IMG/VR virus record: IMGVR_UViG_3300032334_002236
Location: 22,914 to 86,913 of that record
Reading direction: 5' to 3' (one strand)
From: a virus
Length of the DNA: 64,000 nt
The stretch's first letter is position 1. Each line of letters opens with the position of its first letter. This document shows, piece by piece, positions 45,803-55,116 of this stretch. The notes under the pieces are model-generated. The model saw nothing but the letters and a program-made list of their open reading frames with translations, did no database searches and had not been told where the DNA came from. The position numbers and the translations under genes were made by a program.

Positions 45803-45817
45803 AGAGAATTAAAAAAA

Positions 45818-45861
45818 AGTTAACGAACGAAGTGAAGTTAACTGCTTGCTGCCAAGCAAGC
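45818..45861. other. Twin hairpins after an A-tract (convergent terminator or ssDNA signal)
   Basis: AGTTAAC..ACGAAGT..GTTAACT and GCTTGCT-GCCA-AGCAAGC. Confidence 0.5.
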
Positions 45862-45899
45862 CTGAAGATGAGCACACAAGGATAAATGGCAAGCTGTGA

Positions 45900-46118
45900 T
45901 CAGAAGTAGGGTAATCCTGATTTCTTGGTCACTTCCAAGTTCTCTTTTATTATCTTGCTGATCATTTCCCGCTCATCACTACTCAGCAACATGGCATCCT
46001 CATATGTGACACCACCTCGCATGTTCCAACTCATCTGTAGTGCGGTATATTTGAGACTCTTGACTTGACCTTCCATGCTATTGACCATACCGATTATCTG
46101 CTCGGTGGTCATGGTCAA
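45900..46118 (-). CDS. gp51-like assembly protein; probably the -1 frameshift extension of the upstream gene
   Basis: ~70 aa, W.MRGGVTYEDAMLLS..ERE; no RBS; lies in the -1 frame of the slippery site at 46130-46139. Confidence 0.7.
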   Translation of the reverse strand: MTMTTEQIIGMVNSMEGQVKSLKYTALQMSWNMRGGVTYEDAMLLSSDEREMISKIIKENLEVTKKSGLPYF

Positions 46119-46963
46119 GAGCCGACTGCGAAAAAATTTGAGTAATCGAACTCCAATGCTAGATCATATACATGGGCACATTCGGTGCATTCCAATCTCA
46201 TCTTGGGTAACTTGGCATCTTCGTTGAATTTTTCCATCTGTTTCTGTATGCGACGGATCATCTGTCCAGGTGCATTGTTGTAATATTCCAGGATATATTC
46301 TGGATCGTCCACCTCAAGTCCATCGCTAGTCATGATATTCTGGGTACTAGTGGCCAACAAGCTCATGTTGAGATCTACCAGGTTTGTCAAGTAGGTATTA
46401 TATCTCTTTACTTTCTCATCTTCAGCCAAGCTATCATCTGTCACTGTGGCTAAGATGCGTTGTTCCTCGAATAGGATACGATTGCGACGATTCACATCGA
46501 AATACTTCTGTGGTTTCAGTTTGATCTTGATATCGGTATCAGTCACCAATTCTGTATAATCAGGTGATCGCACATTAGCCAATGCGTAGTTGAGATCCAC
46601 TGCATGGGTGTTTTCTGCTTCACATGCAGGGCATTTGCTATCCACATCCATGTCTTGACCGTAACTGGCGATCCTAATAGCTATCAGTACAGCATCCACA
46701 TCTATGCTAGGCATCTCCCAGGCATTGATGATGTCAGGGCAGCAGTTCTGGATCACTTTAACCACACCTTCACCATTCATCAGTGCATCAGGGGTGCGGA
46801 TGATGATTTCTTCCCTGGTAGTCATGGGATATACTGCCACTTCTCCGCTGCCTGTGAGATTGATGCTACCAGCTGGCCAATAGTTTCCAGAGCTTGGTAG
46901 TTTCAGATACAAAGCAGGTTGCCTGAAATGTTTGATTAGGGGATTACTTGATTGATTATCCAT
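46115..46963 (-). CDS. gp26: gp26-like baseplate hub / tail assembly chaperone
   Basis: LKLPS.G...V.VYPMT.REE...D.DA.LIAIRIASYG, CPAC and CTEC motifs, ends DYSNFF. Start reassigned to ATG 46963. Confidence 0.8.
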   Translation of the reverse strand: MDNQSSNPLIKHFRQPALYLKLPSSGNYWPAGSINLTGSGEVAVYPMTTREEIIIRTPDALMNGEGVVKVIQNCCPDIINAWEMPSIDVDAVLIAIRIASYGQDMDVDSKCPACEAENTHAVDLNYALANVRSPDYTELVTDTDIKIKLKPQKYFDVNRRNRILFEEQRILATVTDDSLAEDEKVKRYNTYLTNLVDLNMSLLATSTQNIMTSDGLEVDDPEYILEYYNNAPGQMIRRIQKQMEKFNEDAKLPKMRLECTECAHVYDLALEFDYSNFFAVGS

Positions 46964-46979
46964 GTGGTTTTCTGGTTCC

Positions 46980-47001
46980 ATAAATATGTACAGATATTTA
47001 T
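46980..47001. promoter_or_regulatory. Face-to-face pair of late promoters
   Basis: ATAAATA on plus at 46980-46986 (tape measure) and ATAAATA on minus at 47001-46995 (gp26-like). Confidence 0.65.
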
Positions 47002-47011
47002 TGGTTGAAAA

Positions 47012-50000
47012 ATGAACCCTCAAGATTTACAGAATCTGTTAGACACACTGAAACAATTCAGCGACAAGCTGGGTACCATCGCTGACGACATCAAGACCAA
47101 TGCCAATAACACGCAAGCCCAGGTAAATCAAAATAATACCAAAATTTCACGTAGCTGGTCCGAGCTGGGTGAAGCCACGAAAAAATTGTCAAAACGTCTG
47201 GACGAAAATGAAAAATCTGCACAAAAGAATGAGGACAGCCAAAAACGCACATACAAGCAACAAGACGACGCAGTAAAGTTCTTCTCCCGGGGTATCAGGC
47301 AGAGCACCACAGAATTCAGTAAAAACTTACAGACTGGCAAGATAAGCCTGAATGAGTTTCGTGATCAGATCAACAGTGCCAAGGATGATATAAAAAACGA
47401 ACAGAATCTCAAAGTCCAGCAAAAACAAGAGCTGATGCGTGAGATCGAAGCCCTGGATAAGAATGTTCAAAGGCAAGCCAAATATGGATTTGCCACAGAT
47501 CTGGCTGGTAAAGCATTGGGCCAGTTGGGCAAGGCAGCTGGTGTTGTAGGCGGAGCCACGTTAGATGTGGTACGTTCCTACCAGAATTCCAGTAGCCAGA
47601 TAGGAATCAGCACCGCTGCTATGTCAGCTGGGGTAAACCTGGCTGGTACTGGGCTCAGCATGGTGGGCGATAGTGCTAGCATTGCTGGCGGTATGCTAAC
47701 CGCGTTCAGTAGAGGACCATGGACAAAAGGTCTTGGTGTAGCCCTCCAAGTTGCAGGGTTTGGTGCTTCTTTTGCTGGTAAATCCATTACAGAACTGGGA
47801 AAAGTAGTACTCCCCATTCTCAACACTGAGATGGAAAAACAGATACAGAGCTTCCAGGCTCTGAGCAATATCGGTGCCATATTTGCAAATGGCGTGGATG
47901 GTATGAGAAAGGCAAGCATAGAAGCTGGCATGGATCTGGGCATGTTGAGTAACGTGTTCAAGACCAACACAGAACAGTTTGCAAATAGTGGTTTAGGTAT
48001 GACTGCTGTCATGGAAAGGTTTGCTGGTGCCCGTAGCAGGAGCATAGCTGATGGATTCCAGAAACAGTTGTTGAACCTGGGTTACAGCGTGGAACAACAG
48101 GGTGGGCTCATGGCTCAGGTGTTCCAACAACTGGGCAGGTCAGGTAAAGCACAGACTGCTACCAGTGAAGAAATAGCCAAACAGACTCTGGAATATGGCA
48201 AGACTCTCAAAGTCATAACAGAATTGACTGGCGCTGACGCTGCTAAACGCATGCAGGAAGCTGGTCGCCAGATGCAAGAAGTGCAGATAGCTTCCAAGAT
48301 TCGTGAGATGGAAGCAAAAAATCCTGGAGCTGAAAAAAGGATACAAGCTATATTAGCCACTGTGCCTGACGAATTAAAGCTGGGAGTCAAACAAAAATTA
48401 GTATTGGGGCAAGTGGTAGACCAAACCACCAATGAGATGATCAGCCAATCACCTAAAATGGGACAAGCAATGGACACCATTGTTGGTGCGATGTATGATT
48501 CCTCTCTTGATGCTAAATCAGGAGCAGCATTAACTGTTAAGACATTGAGTGCTGCTAGAGATCAACTGGCAAAGGATCTAGAGGCTATGGGTACTGCTCA
48601 ATTAGCAGATCCCATGTCATTCACAGCACCGGCTGTTGAAAAAGCAAATAAGATCATAGCACAAACACAATCTTTTGCTGATAAGTTAACTGCAGATGGT
48701 GCACCTAAACGCACAGAAGACGCAGCTAAGACAGAAAACAAAGCCACTGCTGCTATGAATAACGTGATCGAAAACAACATCAAGATGGCCATGAAGATCC
48801 AGGAATTGATATTGGACACAGACATCATGGGCAAATATGCCAAGGCTATGACTAATCTCACTGATACTGTGATAGAACAGATATCAAAATTCGGTGGCAA
48901 GTCTAAACCAGAAAACGAAAACGACAAATCTGAAGCAGCAAAGATAGGAGGTGCAACAGTAGCCTATGGCGTACCAGCAGCTACCTCAATAGCTGGTGCA
49001 GTAGCTGGTGAAGCAATAGGTAAAGAAGTAATCAAGCAGATAGTCAAACGAGGAATTACAGCAACCACAACTGTTGCTGGAGGAGTTGCAGGAACAGGGG
49101 CTATGCCTGGTCCAGGTTCAATTGCAGGTGCAATTGCTGGTGGGATCTTGGGAGAAAAACTAGGTGAAGCTATCGTTGACAGTGACGTCGGGGAAATACT
49201 AATAACTGCTGGTGAGAAAGTAGGACAAATAGTAGAAGCTTCGGTAGAGATTGCCAAAGCTGGGTTCAATAGCATAATAGGCATGTTCAAGAACGCACCA
49301 CATGCCAAACAAGGAGGGATCATTAACAGTGATGTGTCTGGCAGCATTGCCATGCTGCATGGCACTGAAGCAGTATTACCGCTGGATGATGCCAGCATCA
49401 TGACTAAATTGCGCAATAGCCTGATGCCAGAAGCTGGTAATGCTAACCAACTAAGTGGTGTCTCTGAAATCTTAAAAAATATGCAAGACAATAACAGCAA
49501 CATATTGAAACAAGTCTACAAGGAAAGCGGTACAGAATCTTATATCATGATGAGATCCCTTCTACAAATGCAACCATCTACTGGTCACATTACTAATGAT
49601 TTAATAACAGATGCTATCACAAAACTGAATGATCAGGGATCTATCAGTATAGAGACCAATAATCAGATCAAACAGCTTAATGATACTACTAAAATTACGG
49701 CTAGAGATCAACTTATATCAGATCTACGTAATAATAAGGAAGATCCTTTAAGATTTACAGCAGACTCACCGTATTTTGCAAAATACAACGAGGCTATCTC
49801 AGGTAAACAAAAACAACCGGAAAATTTCAATACAGAAGATATTTTTGGTGATCGTATAACCAAAATCAACACGCAGTTGCAGGGCGGTTTCCTTAATATA
49901 AATGACACCATTAGTAAGATACCAAAGACTGTGACTAACCAAAGAGAAAACGTCTTTGATTCAGAAATAGGTCCTGCTAAAGAAAAGACAGGAATTGTTA

Positions 50001-50371
50001 GCGATCTTTTCAAAACTATATCATCGTTAATACCTAACATGGGTACCATGGGCACTGCAAATGATGCTGTCATAGGTGCATTGAACAATCTGACCAGCTT
50101 GAGCGATGCCAGCAACAAGAGTATAGACAATGTCAGCCAGGCTTTAACTGGTGTTAAAGACAGCATGCAAGCTATCGTACAACAGAAACAATCACCTGTT
50201 TCGGAAGAAATGATACAGGCAGTCACAGGCAAAGTCATGGATAGCATGGGTAAGACTCTGGACACCCATAATGAAATATTAACAAAGATCAGCGGCCAGA
50301 TGGCTGATCTGGTGGACCATAGCCGTGCCACCAACTACAACACTGAACAGATGAAATATAGTATCCAGTGA
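47012..50371 (+). CDS. Tail tape measure protein
   Basis: 1119 aa, helical A/G/K/Q-rich with Gly/Ala-rich hydrophobic stretches, AKQGGII...AMLHGTEAVLPL motif, adjacent to the chaperone pair. Confidence 0.75.
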   Translation: MNPQDLQNLLDTLKQFSDKLGTIADDIKTNANNTQAQVNQNNTKISRSWSELGEATKKLSKRLDENEKSAQKNEDSQKRTYKQQDDAVKFFSRGIRQSTTEFSKNLQTGKISLNEFRDQINSAKDDIKNEQNLKVQQKQELMREIEALDKNVQRQAKYGFATDLAGKALGQLGKAAGVVGGATLDVVRSYQNSSSQIGISTAAMSAGVNLAGTGLSMVGDSASIAGGMLTAFSRGPWTKGLGVALQVAGFGASFAGKSITELGKVVLPILNTEMEKQIQSFQALSNIGAIFANGVDGMRKASIEAGMDLGMLSNVFKTNTEQFANSGLGMTAVMERFAGARSRSIADGFQKQLLNLGYSVEQQGGLMAQVFQQLGRSGKAQTATSEEIAKQTLEYGKTLKVITELTGADAAKRMQEAGRQMQEVQIASKIREMEAKNPGAEKRIQAILATVPDELKLGVKQKLVLGQVVDQTTNEMISQSPKMGQAMDTIVGAMYDSSLDAKSGAALTVKTLSAARDQLAKDLEAMGTAQLADPMSFTAPAVEKANKIIAQTQSFADKLTADGAPKRTEDAAKTENKATAAMNNVIENNIKMAMKIQELILDTDIMGKYAKAMTNLTDTVIEQISKFGGKSKPENENDKSEAAKIGGATVAYGVPAATSIAGAVAGEAIGKEVIKQIVKRGITATTTVAGGVAGTGAMPGPGSIAGAIAGGILGEKLGEAIVDSDVGEILITAGEKVGQIVEASVEIAKAGFNSIIGMFKNAPHAKQGGIINSDVSGSIAMLHGTEAVLPLDDASIMTKLRNSLMPEAGNANQLSGVSEILKNMQDNNSNILKQVYKESGTESYIMMRSLLQMQPSTGHITNDLITDAITKLNDQGSISIETNNQIKQLNDTTKITARDQLISDLRNNKEDPLRFTADSPYFAKYNEAISGKQKQPENFNTEDIFGDRITKINTQLQGGFLNINDTISKIPKTVTNQRENVFDSEIGPAKEKTGIVSDLFKTISSLIPNMGTMGTANDAVIGALNNLTSLSDASNKSIDNVSQALTGVKDSMQAIVQQKQSPVSEEMIQAVTGKVMDSMGKTLDTHNEILTKISGQMADLVDHSRATNYNTEQMKYSIQ

Positions 50372-50406
50372 TTGGCATAGTGTAAATATACAGAGGATTT
50401 ATCTTA

Positions 50407-52188
50407 ATGGCATCATGGAAAAAACACTGGCGTGTGGTCAGTGACGGCAAATATAGTCCAGTTAACGGCAGCGTCACAGACTACAGCAACACCAATTATC
50501 TGGGCCAACAGGCCAATGCGGCATTCCGCAATTACCAGAGCATGCTGCCTGATGTGTATTCGGGACATCCCAACCGTGTGGACCGTTATGCCCAATATGA
50601 GAACATGGACCTGGATTCGGAAGTGAACGCTGCACTGGACATCCTGGCTGAGTTCTGCACACAGATAAACCCAGATACCCAGACCAGTTTCCAACTGCAT
50701 TTCCATGAAGATGCCAACGACAACGAGATCATGATCCTGAAAGAACAACTGCGAGCCTGGTACAGTCTCAACGAATTTGATCAACGCATGTTCAAGATAT
50801 TCCGCAATACATTGAAATATGGCGATCAGATATTCATCCGTGATCCAGAGACCTACAAGTGGTACTGGTCAGAAATGAACCGTGTGAGCAAGGTGGTGGT
50901 CAACGAGAGCCAGGGCAAGAAACCTGAGATCTATTACATCCGTGACATTGCACCAAACTTGCAGAACAACACCATCACCAAGCAACCAGGACCCAACGAC
51001 ACTTATGCTCATGCTCCTTACATGGGTGGCAGCCGCAGTTACACTGCTGGTGGCGAAGTGTTCAGTCCCAACAACCGTTTTGGTGCTGGCAACAATGAAT
51101 TCCCTGTGGATGCAGAACACGTGATCCATCTCAGTCTCACGGAAGGACTGGATGTGAACTGGCCTTTCGGTGTCAGCCTGTTTGAAGGCATCTTCAAAGT
51201 GTTCAAACAGAAAGAACTATTGGAAGATGCCATCATCATCTATCGTGTCCAACGTGCGCCTGAACGCCGCATGTTCAAGATCGATGTGGGTAATATGCCA
51301 GCGCATCTGGCCATGCAATTCGTGGAACGTGTGAAGAACGAGATACATCAACGTCGTATTCCCACACAGGGTGGCGGCGGTCAGAATCTCATGGATGCCA
51401 GTTATAATCCCCTGAGCATCAATGAAGATTATTTCTTTCCACAGACTGCTGACGGTCGTGGATCCAGTGTGGAAGTGTTGCCAGGTGGACAAAACCTGGG
51501 CGAGATCGACGATCTCAGATATTTCACTAACAAATTATACCGTAGTTTGCGTATTCCGTCAAGTTATTTGCCCACTGGTCCTGAAGATTCAGACCGTGTG
51601 TTCAACGACGGCAAGGTTACCACAGCATTGATCCAGGAATTCAGGTTCAATGAATATTGCAAGCGCATACAGCGTTATATCAGTCCCAAGTTCGATACGG
51701 AATTCAAGATGTTTTTGAAATATCGTGGGTTCAATCTGGACAACAGCATCTTCGAACTCAGGTATAGCGAGCCACAGAACTTTGCTGCTTACCGTGAGAT
51801 GGAATTGAATGTCAGCCGCATCAGCAGTTTCACTGGCATAGCACAGACAGAATTCCTCAGCAAGCGTTTCATGCTCAAGAAGTATCTGGGTCTCACAGAA
51901 CTGGAAATGGCAGAAAACGACAAGATGTGGCATGAGGAACGTGGACAAGACGAGCCAGGCAATATGTTACAAGGTAGCGATCTGCGTACAGTGGGTGTCA
52001 CACCAGGTGGTATCAATACCGACATGGATACCTTGGGTGATATAGCTGCACAGCAACCTGGTCCAGGTATGCCTGGTGCAGATAACATGGCACAGGGTGA
52101 AGTTGGTGCTGGTGGTGCTGTAGGTCCACAAGCTGGTGCTGGAACAAGCCCAGGTGGTGCTGCTCCTCCAAGTGGTGGCTTGATATAA
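50407..52188 (+). CDS. gp20: Portal protein gp20-like
   Basis: LLEDAIIIYRVQRAPERRMFKIDVGNMP, EDYFFP, LPGGQNLGEIDDL.YF..KLY.SL.IP; late promoter at 50383-50388. Confidence 0.97.
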   Translation: MASWKKHWRVVSDGKYSPVNGSVTDYSNTNYLGQQANAAFRNYQSMLPDVYSGHPNRVDRYAQYENMDLDSEVNAALDILAEFCTQINPDTQTSFQLHFHEDANDNEIMILKEQLRAWYSLNEFDQRMFKIFRNTLKYGDQIFIRDPETYKWYWSEMNRVSKVVVNESQGKKPEIYYIRDIAPNLQNNTITKQPGPNDTYAHAPYMGGSRSYTAGGEVFSPNNRFGAGNNEFPVDAEHVIHLSLTEGLDVNWPFGVSLFEGIFKVFKQKELLEDAIIIYRVQRAPERRMFKIDVGNMPAHLAMQFVERVKNEIHQRRIPTQGGGGQNLMDASYNPLSINEDYFFPQTADGRGSSVEVLPGGQNLGEIDDLRYFTNKLYRSLRIPSSYLPTGPEDSDRVFNDGKVTTALIQEFRFNEYCKRIQRYISPKFDTEFKMFLKYRGFNLDNSIFELRYSEPQNFAAYREMELNVSRISSFTGIAQTEFLSKRFMLKKYLGLTELEMAENDKMWHEERGQDEPGNMLQGSDLRTVGVTPGGINTDMDTLGDIAAQQPGPGMPGADNMAQGEVGAGGAVGPQAGAGTSPGGAAPPSGGLI

Positions 52189-52191
52189 ATA
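52184..52191 (+). promoter_or_regulatory. Late promoter, exact T4 consensus TATAAATA
   Basis: Overlaps the portal stop, 10 nt before ATG 52202. Confidence 0.75.
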
Positions 52192-52201
52192 TCTTCGGAG
52201 T

Positions 52202-52426
52202 ATGACAATGTTATTGATGGAGATGTTCACAGACGAAGCTGGTGATTACCAAGATGTAAGCCAGGATCAGAGCGTACCAAAGATCAATGATCTGCGTAAA
52301 AGCCGTCTGACACTGAGCCAGATAAACCAGTTGCGTAAGATGAATGACCAGAGAATGGTCGAATATATGGCTGACCTCAAGAAGGTGAAACAGCAGTATG
52401 GTGCACCGCCTGCACCAGTCCAGTGA
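52202..52426 (+). CDS. Small head-module protein
   Basis: 74 aa, GGAG RBS, RKSRLTL.QIN.LRKM..YG; lies between the portal and core genes. Confidence 0.75.
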   Translation: MTMLLMEMFTDEAGDYQDVSQDQSVPKINDLRKSRLTLSQINQLRKMNDQRMVEYMADLKKVKQQYGAPPAPVQ

Positions 52427-52515
52427 AATGGCTCAAAAACCATAGGTTTGAGCTAGTATTTACTCCCGCTTATTAAATATTATCACAGTACAGAACCTCA
52501 CAGGAGTCCAGGGTT

Positions 52516-53346
52516 ATGCGTAATTATGAACAACTGATCGAATACATCATCAATGATGAACAGGACAAAGCAAAGGCCTTGTTTCACAATCTGGTGGTAG
52601 ATAAGAGCCGTCAGATCTATAATGATCTGATTGCAGAAGAAATGGAAGACGAGATGTCAGAAGCTCACGGTGATGAAGCTGATGATATGATGAGCGATAT
52701 CCAAGCTGATCATGAAGGCATGGATGCTGATGCAGATCATGACGATGAAATGGGTGACATGGACGACATGGACGACATGGACGACATGGATTCCATGGGC
52801 GATGACGACAGTGGTTATGCCACCAAAGACGACGTCATGGACCTGGAAAGCGAATTAGAAAACCTCAAGTCACAATTTGAACAGTTGATGGCTGATGAGC
52901 AGCATGAGCCAGAACACAATGACGGCATGGATGATCCGGAATTTGGTGGTATGGATGATGATATGCCACAGGAAAACATGATGTACCGCGAAGGTATCGT
53001 TCGTGAATACGTGGAAAAAGTTGCTGCACCAAGCAACAGTGAAGGTCAACCAGTTGGCGCTAAGAACACTAGCCCCAGCAAGACCAACACCAAAGGCATC
53101 GTAGCTGGCAAGAACGACATGGGCGGCACCACAAAGAACATTGCACGTGGTGGCAAGAATGAAGATCCAGACGGCAAGCAGTACTCAGATCCTTCAAATG
53201 AATACAGCAAAGGCAAGGGCAACCTGCCAGGCGCTGGTAAGTTTGAAAACGTACCTGGTGCAAGTGCTGGCAAGGCATTCGCAAATGCCAAAAAGCCAAC
53301 ATCAAGTGAGCCATCAGGCGTTAACAAGCGCAGCACAATTGATTAA
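52516..53346 (+). CDS. Acidic prohead core / scaffold-like protein
   Basis: 276 aa, D/E/M-rich with a (GACGACATG)n repeat near 52756-52790; AGGAG RBS; late promoter at 52474-52479. Confidence 0.7.
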   Translation: MRNYEQLIEYIINDEQDKAKALFHNLVVDKSRQIYNDLIAEEMEDEMSEAHGDEADDMMSDIQADHEGMDADADHDDEMGDMDDMDDMDDMDSMGDDDSGYATKDDVMDLESELENLKSQFEQLMADEQHEPEHNDGMDDPEFGGMDDDMPQENMMYREGIVREYVEKVAAPSNSEGQPVGAKNTSPSKTNTKGIVAGKNDMGGTTKNIARGGKNEDPDGKQYSDPSNEYSKGKGNLPGAGKFENVPGASAGKAFANAKKPTSSEPSGVNKRSTID

Positions 53347-53358
53347 GGAATCGACACG

Positions 53359-53988
53359 ATGAATAACAATTTTCTGGTAGAGAACCTCACTTACGATCAG
53401 GCCAAGATGGAAATGAGTCATGGTCCTGAAGGTAAGGATCTCTACCTGAAGGGCATCTGCATACAAGGCGGTGTCAAGAATGCTAATCAACGTGTATACC
53501 CTATTAACGAGATAAATCGTGCCATTGAAAGCCTTAATAAACAGATAAACACAGGTTACAGCGTGTTGGGCGAAGTGGATCATCCCACAAACCTCAGGAT
53601 CAACCTCGACAGAGTCAGCCACATGATCACAGAAATGTGGCTGGATGGTCCCAATGGATATGGCAAGATGAAGATATTACCCACACCCATGGGCAACCTG
53701 GTCAGCACTATGCTTACCAGTGGTGTCAAATTGGGAGTCAGTAGTCGCGGAAGCGGTAATGTCAATGAAGGCGACGGTCAGGTAAGTGATTTTGAAATCG
53801 TTACCGTAGATATAGTGGCACAGCCTAGTGCGCCAAACGCTTATCCCACAGCAGTCTATGAAGGACTGATGAATATGGCAGGCGGGCATCGCATACTGGA
53901 AATGGCCGGAGAAGTAAAGAATAATCAACGAGCTCAGAGATATTTGGAACAAGAAGTTCGCAAGATCATCTCAGAGTTGAAACTTTAA
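53359..53988 (+). CDS. gp21: Prohead maturation protease gp21-like
   Basis: KNANQRVYP, GEVDHP, VSH, TPMG, GVSSRGSG, DIVAQPSAPNAY. Confidence 0.97.
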   Translation: MNNNFLVENLTYDQAKMEMSHGPEGKDLYLKGICIQGGVKNANQRVYPINEINRAIESLNKQINTGYSVLGEVDHPTNLRINLDRVSHMITEMWLDGPNGYGKMKILPTPMGNLVSTMLTSGVKLGVSSRGSGNVNEGDGQVSDFEIVTVDIVAQPSAPNAYPTAVYEGLMNMAGGHRILEMAGEVKNNQRAQRYLEQEVRKIISELKL

Positions 53989-54006
53989 GTTCGGGAGAAT
54001 GAAAAA

Positions 54007-55101
54007 ATGTTCGAATCACTAAAACCATTACTCGATAGTGGTATCCTGAACGAAGAAACTCGTGAGGGTCTGGAAGAAGCTTTCAAAGCTAAAATTTCAG
54101 AAGCTCGTGAGCAGATCCGTGCAGAAATACGTGAGGAGATGGCTAACCGTTATAAGCATGACCGTGAAGTCATGGTTGAGGCTCTGGACCGCATGGTCAC
54201 AGAATCACTGACATCAGAGATCAAGAAGATCGCTGCTGAACGTGACACCATCACCGAAGACCGCGTTCGTTTCACAAACGCGATGATGCAGAAAGCAAAC
54301 AATTTCGATAGCTACTTGTCAGAAAGCCTGGTAAGTGAAATCAGCGAATTGCGTAGCGATCGCGTCGCATATCAGAATAAGATCAAGAAATTAGAATCTT
54401 TTGTGGCAGAAAACCTGCAGGCAGAAATTCGTGAATTTGCACAAGACAAAGCCGAATTGGCTGCTACTCGTGTGGCTGTGGTTGCTGAAGGACGCCAACG
54501 TCTGGAAGCTATCCAAAAGAGCTTCATAAAGAAAAGCAGTTCATTGGTGGAAAACATTGTGACAAATCACCTGCGTTCAGAATTGTCACAGTTGAAAACC
54601 GACATCCAGGAAGCTAAAGAAAACAACTTCGGACGTAAAATCTTCGAAGCATTTAGCACTGAATTCGGAGCGAGTTACCTTAACGAGCGAGCAGACCTTA
54701 AGAAGCTACAGAATCAACTGGGCCGCATGGCTGCTCAGATCTCTGAAGCTAAAGAAACTGCTGTTATAGCTCAGGCTGAAGTTAAGGCCAAGGACCAGGA
54801 AATACGTAGAATCAACGAAAGCGTAGCCCGTGAGTCTAAGATCAACGATTTGCTCAAGAGCCTGAGCAAAGAAAAAGCCGCTGTAATGTCAACACTGCTG
54901 GAATCAGTCCCAACAGGTAACTTAGACGCAGCATTTAAGAAGTATCTAAAACCTGTAATGGAAAACGGAATCGTGGAGACACCTAAGAAAGTGTTGACCG
55001 AAAGCCATAGCGAAGTCACTGGTGATAGAGCTGTTAAATCAGACCCTAGTTCAAACAATATCATAGAAATGAAGCGTTTGGCTGGTCTTGTCAGAAACTA
55101 A
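54007..55101 (+). CDS. gp22: Prohead scaffolding protein gp22-like
   Basis: Long coiled coil between protease and MCP; KIFEAF..EF motif. Confidence 0.85.
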   Translation: MFESLKPLLDSGILNEETREGLEEAFKAKISEAREQIRAEIREEMANRYKHDREVMVEALDRMVTESLTSEIKKIAAERDTITEDRVRFTNAMMQKANNFDSYLSESLVSEISELRSDRVAYQNKIKKLESFVAENLQAEIREFAQDKAELAATRVAVVAEGRQRLEAIQKSFIKKSSSLVENIVTNHLRSELSQLKTDIQEAKENNFGRKIFEAFSTEFGASYLNERADLKKLQNQLGRMAAQISEAKETAVIAQAEVKAKDQEIRRINESVARESKINDLLKSLSKEKAAVMSTLLESVPTGNLDAAFKKYLKPVMENGIVETPKKVLTESHSEVTGDRAVKSDPSSNNIIEMKRLAGLVRN

Positions 55102-55116
55102 TTGGAGATAGTAACA

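Noticed and set aside
45469-45899. tRNA, tmRNA, RNase P RNA or group I/II intron
   Set aside because: No T-loop/CCA cloverleaf, no GAGGAAAGUCC motif, no recognisable intron core, and the flanking genes are uninterrupted
52756-52790. 9-bp tandem repeat as a regulatory or phase-variable element
   Set aside because: In-frame (DDM)n within an acidic low-complexity core protein; ordinary slippage
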